DNA from: an uncultured bacterium | Lineage (GTDB): Bacteria > Krumholzibacteriota > Krumholzibacteriia > WVZY01 > JAKEHA01 | Direction: 5' to 3' | Assembly: GCA_965372695.1 (NCBI GenBank) | Contig: CBDVDJ010000049.1 | Span: forward strand, 1-10,212 | Length of the DNA stretch: 10,212 nucleotides | Shown here: piece by piece, positions 1-5,918 of the stretch | Layout of the letters: the number at the start of each line of letters is the position of its first letter | Numbering within the stretch: the first letter of the stretch is position 1 | Program-made: the position numbers and the translations under genes | The notes under the pieces: model-generated | Database searches by the model: none | Told to the model about the DNA's origin: nothing | What the model saw: only the letters and a program-made list of their open reading frames with translations

Positions 1-1
1 G

Positions 2-175
2 TTCCTGAGCGGTACGGCGCTTCGCAAGATGCTATCAGAAGGCGGCGACATTCCCGCGGAATTCAGCCGTCCCGAAGTACTGTCTATTCTCCGTGAGTAC
101 TACTCCGGCTTGACGGAGAAAGTGGACGTTAAGCTTCACGGTCACGCGACCGGTGATGCTGAAGCCAGGAAATAG
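2..175 (+). CDS. sat: Sulfate adenylyltransferase (ATP sulfurylase), C-terminal fragment; the 5' part lies outside the window
   Basis: Frame 2 is open from the window edge to TAG at 173-175. It translates to [37 protein letters not shown]..., which resembles the conserved C-terminal SGTxxRxML..G..P.EFSRPEV block of ATP sulfurylases. It lies directly upstream of aprBA, a common arrangement. Confidence 0.7.
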   Translation, partial: FLSGTALRKMLSEGGDIPAEFSRPEVLSILREYYSGLTEKVDVKLHGHATGDAEARK

Positions 176-256
176 CGGAGTGATACGTATCAACTAACGT
201 TAAGTTCAAGTGTTGGAGGAGCCAAAGGTAAATCCTAATGTACAAAGGAGGGTTTA

Positions 257-655
257 ATGCCTAGCTTCGTAATCACAGAGAAATGCGACGGGTGCAAGGC
301 GCTCGATAAGACGGCTTGCCAATACATCTGCCCGAATGACCTCATGGTCCTGGACAAGGACACGATGAAGGCTTTCAACCAGGATGTAGATATGTGCTGG
401 GAGTGCTATAGCTGCGTCAAGATTTGTCCGGTCCAGGCGATCGAGGTCCGTGGCTATGCTGATTTTGTGCCGATGGGCGCGAGCGTGACTCCGCTGCGGG
501 CAACCGACTCGATCATGTGGACCCTCAAGTTCCGAAACGGCATGCTGAAACGGTTCAAGTTCCCGATTCGCACTACCGAAGAGGGACAGGCGCAGCCATT
601 CGATCACTACCCGACGGGCGACGATGATCTCAAGAGCCAGACGCTCATGTGCTAG
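257..655 (+). CDS. aprB: Adenylylsulfate (APS) reductase beta subunit, 2x[4Fe-4S] ferredoxin-like
   Basis: The 132-aa ORF begins MPSFVITEKCDGCKALDKTACQYICPNDLMVLDKDTMKAFNQDVDMCWECYSCVKICPVQAIEVRGY, the characteristic AprB N-terminus with its Cys motifs. It continues with the MWTLKFRNG..RFKFPIRTT segment. A GGAGG Shine-Dalgarno at 247-251 lies 5 nt upstream of the ATG at 257. Confidence 0.95.
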   Translation: MPSFVITEKCDGCKALDKTACQYICPNDLMVLDKDTMKAFNQDVDMCWECYSCVKICPVQAIEVRGYADFVPMGASVTPLRATDSIMWTLKFRNGMLKRFKFPIRTTEEGQAQPFDHYPTGDDDLKSQTLMC

Positions 656-777
656 CCGGCTGGACTGAATACCGAAGTCGGCCCGGTCAAGATCGACAAG
701 ATCCTCACGCTCTAGTCGAGCGCAGGTTGTCTGACAACGAACCGATTCTTCGTCAACGAACCAAGGAGAAAGACGAA

Positions 778-2670
778 ATGGCGGAATTTGAAACTATAAC
801 GGTCGAAACAGACGTGCTGATTTGCGGCGGCGGCATGGCCGCCTGCGGCGCAGCGGTGGAAGCGTCTTATTGGGCCAAAAAGCAAGGATTGAAGGTCACA
901 TTGGTTGACAAGGCGGCAATGGACCGCTCGGGCGCCGTCGCGATGGGACTGTCGGCCATCAACCAGTATGTGGATCTGAACAGCGGTAACAACACTCTGA
1001 ACGACTACGCCGACTACGTCCGCAACGACCTCATGGGTATTACCCGCGAGGACCTGGTGGTCAGCATCGCGCGCCACGTAGACTCGTCGGTCCACTTGTT
1101 CGAGAAGTGGGGTCTGCCCATCTGGAAGGATCAGGAGGGCAAATACGTACACGAGGGTCGCTGGCAGCTGATGATCAACGGCGAGTCGTACAAGGTGATC
1201 GTGGCAGAAGCTGCCAAAACCGCGTTGGCAGAGGCAAATGGCGAATACTTCGAACGCGTATTCATCACTCATCCGCTGATGGACGGCGACACGTGTGTGG
1301 GCGCGATCGGCTTCAGCACGAGGGAGAACAAGATATACGTGTTCAAGGCCAAAGCCACGCTGGTTTCCATGGGTGGCGCGGTGCACGTGTTCAAGCCGCG
1401 GTCGACCGGTGAGGGCTTCGGCCGCTCCTGGTACCCGCCGTTCAACTCGGGCGCGAGCGCGTTCTTCACCATCTACGGCGGCGCCGAGATGACCTGCCAG
1501 GAAGTCCGGTTCATTCCTGTCCGCTTCAAGGACGCGTACGGACCCGTGGGCGCCTGGTTCCTGCTGTTCAAGTCGATCGCGACCAACGCGCAGGGCGGCA
1601 ACTACATGCAGGATAATGCCGCGGAGCTCGAAAAGTGGCTGCCTTACGGCAAGGTGAAGCCGCGTCCGGCCAACATTCGTAACTGGCTGATGATGCTGGA
1701 CGTGATGGAAGGCAAGAGCCCGATCTACATGCAGACGGCCGAAGCCATCCAGAGGATCTCCGACGCGGTGCCCGACGAGAAAGAGCGCAAGAAGAAGCTC
1801 AAGGAACTCGAGTCGGAGGCCTGGGAGGACTTTCTGGACATGACCATTTCGCAGGCCATCTTGTGGGCCGCGTCGAACGTCGAGCCCGAGAAACAGCCCT
1901 CCGAGATCATGGCGTGTGATCCTTACTTCATCGGTTCGCATTCCGGCGCGTCCGGCGCCTGGGTTTCGGGACCGGAGGATCTCCAGACATCCAATACCAA
2001 GGATGAATACTTCTGGGGCTACACGAACATGTGCACGGTCAAGGGCATGTTCGCCGCGGGCGACGCCTCGGGAGCCTCGAGCCACAAGTTCTCTTCCGGC
2101 TCGCACGCCGAGGGACGCATCGCTGCCAAGGCCATGGTCGCCTACGCCGTGGACAACAGCTCGCCGCCGAACGTGGACCAGGCCCAGATCGACGCGTTGA
2201 CCGCGGAGATCCTCAAGCCGCTCGAGACTTTCGAGAAGCACAAGGATGCGACGACCGACCCGAACATCAACCCGGAGTACATCCGACCCAAGCAGTTCAT
2301 GTACCGGCTGCAGAAGATCATGGATGAGTACGCCGGAGGTGTTTCGAGTCAGTTCAAGACGAGCGACAAACTCATCGAGAAGGGAATGGAGTTGTTGGCC
2401 TTCCTCAAGGAAGACTCGGCCAAAATCGGTGCGGAGAACCTGCACGAGCTCATGCGGGGCTGGGAGAACGTCCACCGCATGTACCAGGCGGATTCTCACA
2501 TGCGTTCCATCCTCTTCCGCGAGGAGACACGTTGGCCGGGCTACTACTTCCGGTCCGACAAACCGAGCATGGACAACGAGAACTGGCTCGCCTTCTGTAA
2601 CTGTACCTACGACAGGAACACTGGCGAGTGGGAGATGATCAAAAGGCCCGTTAAATACCTTACGCAGTAA
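778..2670 (+). CDS. aprA: Adenylylsulfate (APS) reductase alpha subunit, FAD flavoprotein
   Basis: The 630-aa product starts at ATG 778, in frame with track ORF 649..2670. AAGGAGA at 763-769 is a good RBS. The N-terminal FAD fold DVLICGGGMAACGAAVEAS is present, along with fumarate-reductase-family flavoprotein blocks (MGLSAINQYV, FAAGDASGASSHKFSSGSHAEGRIAAKA, RWPGYYFR). It immediately follows aprB. Confidence 0.95.
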   Translation: MAEFETITVETDVLICGGGMAACGAAVEASYWAKKQGLKVTLVDKAAMDRSGAVAMGLSAINQYVDLNSGNNTLNDYADYVRNDLMGITREDLVVSIARHVDSSVHLFEKWGLPIWKDQEGKYVHEGRWQLMINGESYKVIVAEAAKTALAEANGEYFERVFITHPLMDGDTCVGAIGFSTRENKIYVFKAKATLVSMGGAVHVFKPRSTGEGFGRSWYPPFNSGASAFFTIYGGAEMTCQEVRFIPVRFKDAYGPVGAWFLLFKSIATNAQGGNYMQDNAAELEKWLPYGKVKPRPANIRNWLMMLDVMEGKSPIYMQTAEAIQRISDAVPDEKERKKKLKELESEAWEDFLDMTISQAILWAASNVEPEKQPSEIMACDPYFIGSHSGASGAWVSGPEDLQTSNTKDEYFWGYTNMCTVKGMFAAGDASGASSHKFSSGSHAEGRIAAKAMVAYAVDNSSPPNVDQAQIDALTAEILKPLETFEKHKDATTDPNINPEYIRPKQFMYRLQKIMDEYAGGVSSQFKTSDKLIEKGMELLAFLKEDSAKIGAENLHELMRGWENVHRMYQADSHMRSILFREETRWPGYYFRSDKPSMDNENWLAFCNCTYDRNTGEWEMIKRPVKYLTQ

Positions 2671-2684
2671 GGGCCTGTGGGTTT

Positions 2685-2728
2685 GCGGGATCTTTGGGCG
2701 TCGCGTCGCGGCGTCCAGAGATCCCCGC
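2685..2728 (+). terminator. Imperfect GC-rich stem-loop 15 nt after the aprA stop; possible attenuating terminator or mRNA-stabilising hairpin
   Basis: The left arm GCGGGATCTTTGG (2685-2697) pairs with the right arm CCAGAGATCCCCGC (2715-2728), with one bulge and one mismatch, around a GC-rich loop. No clear U-tract follows, so it is not a textbook intrinsic terminator. Confidence 0.3.
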
Positions 2729-2852
2729 TCCCGACGCTTTGCAGTTATTCCCGTTCGAACGTCCGGATGTGTTACAGTACTGCGCGGCTGCGGCCGGGTG
2801 GTAACCGCTGTCAGGCCGGCACCTTGGGATTATTGATCTAGTGAGGAAACCG

Positions 2853-3137
2853 ATGGCAAAACACCCTGGAACCTGCACCCATTGTGGATCCCGTCTCGAG
2901 AAGTGGCGTGTTCCCGACGACGCTACCTGGGACGAGGAGTTTTTTTACGTCTGCTTCAACGATGATTGTTCCTACTACAAATCGGGGTGGGCCTGGATGA
3001 AGGAACGTTACAACCAGCGCGCTTCGTACCGGTATGCGGTCAACCCCGGTGCCGCCGTCTCACTGATGATACCGGTCTGGTCGGACTCCGCAACGCGGGA
3101 GATGATCGAGGAGCACACCGAAGGAGGCGAGGAATGA
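2853..3137 (+). CDS. Small four-Cys zinc-ribbon-like protein, aromatic-rich, function unknown
   Basis: Track ORF 2841..3137. I prefer ATG 2853 as the start because GAGGA at 2843-2847 lies 5 nt upstream. The 94-aa product has C8-x2-C11-x22-C34-x4-C39 (CTHC...CFNDDC), followed by a W/Y-rich segment (SYYKSGWAWMKERYNQRASYRY) and an acidic tail. Its TGA stop overlaps the next gene's ATG (ATGA at 3134-3137). Confidence 0.65.
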   Translation: MAKHPGTCTHCGSRLEKWRVPDDATWDEEFFYVCFNDDCSYYKSGWAWMKERYNQRASYRYAVNPGAAVSLMIPVWSDSATREMIEEHTEGGEE

Positions 3138-4021
3138 GCGACGACAAGGATCCCGCCCAGTCCAATGACCAGCTCGATAAGCTGAAGGAGAAGATAGTCA
3201 CGGATTATCCCCGGCTGGGCCCTGACGACAACTTCCAGTTCGGGTGTCATCCCGGCGTTTCGTGTTTCAACCAGTGCTGCGGCGACGTAAACATTTTCCT
3301 GTCTCCGTACGACGTGTTGCGCATGAAGAAACGTCTCGATATGACCTCGAGCGAGTTCCTCGAGAAGTATACATTTCTCCCTGTGCAAAAGGACATGAAG
3401 ACGCCCGTGGTTGTGTTGCGCTTGAACGACGACGAGGCCAAGACCTGTCAGTTCCTTACCGAGGGGGGGTGCGGCATCTATTCGGATCGGCCGTGGCCCT
3501 GCCGCATGTATCCCCTGGGACTGGCGGCTCAGAAGGACACGCCGGACGGCTGGCGCGGCGACCGGTTTTACTTCCTCATGGAAGAGGAGGGGTGCAAGGG
3601 GTTCAGCGAGCCCAGGGAGTGGACGGTCCGACAGTGGCTCGAAGATCAGGGGCTCGAGGAGTACGACGAGTGGGGAGAGGCATTCAAGGAATTGACGCTT
3701 CACAAATTCTTCGAGGACGGTGGCACCCTCTCACCGGAGAGGATGCACATGATGTACACCGCGTGCTACGATCTGGACAAGTTTCGGGAGTTCGTGTTCG
3801 AAAGCACGCTCCTGCAGAAATTCGTGGTGGATGAGGACTTCGTGGAAGAGATGCGCTATGACGACGAAGTATTGCTTCGTTTCGCGTTTCTGTGGCTGCG
3901 GTTCAGTCTTTTCGGCGAGAAGACTGTGCAAGTGAAAGCGGACGTCGTCGAGTCGTTCAAGGGAAAACGCGACAAGAAGGGATCGTTCGATCAGAAGTCG
4001 GCGGGGAATACTCCTGAATAA
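3134..4021 (+). CDS. Extended YkgJ/UPF0153-family (CxxCxxCC-type) cysteine-cluster protein, paralog 1
   Basis: The start is taken at ATG 3134, with AAGGAGG at 3121-3127 upstream. The longer track ORF from 2966 would overlap the zinc-ribbon gene. The 295-aa product has the N-terminal cluster CHPGVSCFNQCC, then KTCQFL..GGCGIYSDRPWPCRMYPLG, the typical family core, plus CKG. It has a roughly 150-aa C-terminal extension ending in the LWLRFSLFGEKT motif. Confidence 0.8.
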   Translation: MSDDKDPAQSNDQLDKLKEKIVTDYPRLGPDDNFQFGCHPGVSCFNQCCGDVNIFLSPYDVLRMKKRLDMTSSEFLEKYTFLPVQKDMKTPVVVLRLNDDEAKTCQFLTEGGCGIYSDRPWPCRMYPLGLAAQKDTPDGWRGDRFYFLMEEEGCKGFSEPREWTVRQWLEDQGLEEYDEWGEAFKELTLHKFFEDGGTLSPERMHMMYTACYDLDKFREFVFESTLLQKFVVDEDFVEEMRYDDEVLLRFAFLWLRFSLFGEKTVQVKADVVESFKGKRDKKGSFDQKSAGNTPE

Positions 4022-4091
4022 AATAGATGATGAGTGGACACGGGTCGACGGAACAAGATCAAGACAAGGGTGATCGGCGGCGCGATCAGGT

Positions 4092-4931
4092 ATGAGGGAA
4101 ATCGAACGGCTGAAGAAGGAGATCCTCGAGCACTACCCCAAGCTCAAAAAGGACGATTCGTATTCGTTCTCCTGCCATCCGGGCGTACCTTGCTTCAACG
4201 CATGTTGCGCGGACGTCAATATTTTCCTGACTCCATACGATATTCTCAGGTTGAAGAACAATCTCGGGATGAGTTCGGACGAATTTCTTTCCAGACATAC
4301 AGTATCCCCGTTCGACAAAAATTTGAAGTACCCGGCAGTTCAGCTGGCGATGAACGACGACGACGAGAAAACGTGTCCGTTCGTCGGCGAACGCGGCTGC
4401 GGGGTCTACGAGGACCGGCCCTGGGCGTGCCGGATGTATCCGCTGGGTATGGGGTCGCAGAAGGACTCCGGCACCGGCGCCGAAAGTGACTTCTATTTTC
4501 TGCTCGAGGAGGACGTGTGCAAGGGGCACGACGAAGACCACAAGCAGACGGTGGCACAGTGGCTGGAGACTCAGGGGATCGCCGAGTACGACAAGATGGG
4601 ATACTACTTCAAGGAACTGACTCTTCACGAGTATTTCCAGACCGGCGAGAATCTCACCGGCCAGAAGATCGAGATGTTCTTCACGGCGAGTTATGACCTG
4701 GACAAGTTCAGGAGCTTTTTGTTCGACACCACGTTTTTCGACAAGTTTGAAGTCGATGAAGAGACGCAGAAGAAAATCAAGTCCGACGACGTCGAACTGC
4801 TCAAATTCGGGTATTTCTGGTTGAGATTCTCTCTTTTCGGAGAGCGAACGTTGAAGGTCAAGGGAGACGTGCTCGAAGCGCGGCAGAAAAGGCTGGAAGG
4901 CAAGAAGAAGCTGGAACAGAAACAGAACTAG
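4092..4931 (+). CDS. Extended YkgJ/UPF0153-family (CxxCxxCC-type) cysteine-cluster protein, paralog 2
   Basis: This 279-aa ORF is collinear with paralog 1 along its whole length: CHPGVPCFNACC, KTCPFV..RGCGVYEDRPWACRMYPLG, CKG, and FWLRFSLFGERT. ATG 4092 is the first start after an in-frame TGA at 4071. The Shine-Dalgarno is weak. Confidence 0.8.
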   Translation: MREIERLKKEILEHYPKLKKDDSYSFSCHPGVPCFNACCADVNIFLTPYDILRLKNNLGMSSDEFLSRHTVSPFDKNLKYPAVQLAMNDDDEKTCPFVGERGCGVYEDRPWACRMYPLGMGSQKDSGTGAESDFYFLLEEDVCKGHDEDHKQTVAQWLETQGIAEYDKMGYYFKELTLHEYFQTGENLTGQKIEMFFTASYDLDKFRSFLFDTTFFDKFEVDEETQKKIKSDDVELLKFGYFWLRFSLFGERTLKVKGDVLEARQKRLEGKKKLEQKQN

Positions 4932-4957
4932 ACCGGGGCGATCGGTTGCCGCCGGTC
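4931..4957 (+). other. Intercistronic GC-rich stem-loop between paralog 2 and the membrane cytochrome b gene
   Basis: GACCGGGGC (4931-4939) pairs with GCCGCCGGTC (4948-4957), with one bulge, around the loop GATCGGTT. It starts at the last base of the TAG stop. No U-tract follows. Confidence 0.25.
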
Positions 4958-4988
4958 CGAATCACCACAACGCGATGCGAGGTTCCCT

Positions 4989-5918
4989 ATGAGTGGACTG
5001 CAGCTGCTGATGTACGGTGCCTATGCCGTTTTTTTCATAGGTACGGCGTACAGGGCCTACCGGATGGCGACGATGCCCATGCATCTCCGTTGGGATCTGT
5101 ATCCGATACCGCACGAAAAGGGCAAAGCGGATTACGGCGGTTCATACTACGAAGAAATCGACTGGTGGACAAAACCCGCGAAGGTGTCTGTTTCCAACGA
5201 GTTGAAGGAAATGGCCAGGGAAATCATCTTTATCCAGTCGATGTACCACAATAACCGGTCCCTCTGGATGTTTTCGTTCCCATTTCATTTTGGACTCTAT
5301 TTATCAATCGTATTCGTTCTGCTGGTTTTTCTGGGGGGACTGCTCACGCTGCTCGGAGTACCGGTGTCCGCCGAATCGGCCAATATCTTCGGGAAAGCCC
5401 TGCACTACATTACGATGCCGTTCGGAATCGTGGGCGCCGTTATGGGTGCGTTCGGCGCTCTGGGATTGTTTGTCAGCCGATTCGCCAGGGGCGAACTGCG
5501 AAGGACGTCGGTCTGGACCGATTACTTCAACCTGATTCTGCTCTTCGCCATCTTCGCCAGCGGTCTCGCCGTCTGGGCGACGGAAGACATTTCGTACTCC
5601 GCCTTGAGGGTGTTCATCACGGATTTGATCTCCTTCAAAGGCACGCCCGCTGTGTCTACGGGTTTTGCCGTCCACATGGCGCTGGCGGCTGCGTTCCTGA
5701 TCTACCTTCCCTTTACGCACATGACCCACTTTGTGGGCAAGTACTTCACCTACCACAAGGTGCGATGGGAAGACCAGCCCAACATCAGGGGCAGCAAACT
5801 CGAAAAGCGGATCAACGAGGCGCTTGGTTACCATATCGACTGGTCGGCTCCCCACATTAAAGAGGGAACGTGGGCCGAAGCGGCAACTGCAACCGAGGAG
5901 AAGACCGAAAGTGAGTAA
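4989..5918 (+). CDS. NarI/DsrM/HmeC-like integral membrane di-haem cytochrome b (nitrate reductase gamma-subunit family)
   Basis: The 309-aa product has about 5 hydrophobic helices: LLMYGAYAVFFIGTAY, LWMFSFPFHFGLYLSIVFVLLVFLGG, ITMPFGIVGAVMGAFGALGLFV, YFNLILLFAIFASGLAVWA and FAVHMALAAAFLIYLPF. The N-terminal YRxxRMxxMPMHLRWDLYPIPHE block and the C-terminal LPFTHMTHFVGKYF block are typical of DsrM/HmeC/NarI-like proteins. Candidate haem-ligand His residues sit in helices 2 and 5. GAGG at 4979-4982 is a plausible RBS. Confidence 0.8.
   Translation: MSGLQLLMYGAYAVFFIGTAYRAYRMATMPMHLRWDLYPIPHEKGKADYGGSYYEEIDWWTKPAKVSVSNELKEMAREIIFIQSMYHNNRSLWMFSFPFHFGLYLSIVFVLLVFLGGLLTLLGVPVSAESANIFGKALHYITMPFGIVGAVMGAFGALGLFVSRFARGELRRTSVWTDYFNLILLFAIFASGLAVWATEDISYSALRVFITDLISFKGTPAVSTGFAVHMALAAAFLIYLPFTHMTHFVGKYFTYHKVRWEDQPNIRGSKLEKRINEALGYHIDWSAPHIKEGTWAEAATATEEKTESE

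Noticed and set aside
735-762. A 9-nt direct repeat CAACGAACC (735-743 and 754-762), with a small ACGAA/TTCGT hairpin, in the 122-nt aprB-aprA spacer just upstream of the aprA RBS
   Set aside because: It is too short to distinguish from chance without conservation data. It is noted only as a possible translational element. The spacer is somewhat long for aprB-aprA, but I cannot attach significance to that from the sequence alone.
649-777. An upstream in-frame extension of aprA (the track ORF starts at 649, overlapping the aprB stop)
   Set aside because: The extension (MLAGWTEYRSRPGQDRQ...) has no AprA-like sequence and no RBS. ATG 778 has an AAGGAGA Shine-Dalgarno and lies directly before the FAD-binding fold.
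712-2499. A 595-aa ORF on the minus strand, antisense to aprA
   Set aside because: It lies entirely opposite a gene with unmistakable AprA motifs. The translation is Arg/Leu/Val/His-rich and low in complexity, with no recognisable motifs. This is a typical shadow ORF in GC-rich coding sequence.
2966-3133. An N-terminal extension of YkgJ-like paralog 1 (the track ORF starts at 2966)
   Set aside because: It would overlap the zinc-ribbon gene by 170 nt in another frame and adds an Arg-rich segment that is absent from paralog 2. ATG 3134 has a strong AAGGAGG RBS and aligns with the paralog 2 N-terminus.
4034-4628. Overlapping alternative-frame ORFs within the paralog 2 gene (4034..4489 +, 4086..4628 -, 4246..4557 -)
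   Set aside because: Their translations are Arg/Pro-rich with no motifs. The 4092..4931 frame has full-length similarity to the neighbouring paralog, which fixes the real reading frame.
5731-5910. An N-terminal extension of the DsrK-like gene (the track ORF starts at 5731)
   Set aside because: It would overlap the 3' end of the cytochrome b gene by 188 nt. GTG 5911, preceded by GAGGAG, is a more economical start. The exact start remains unverified.
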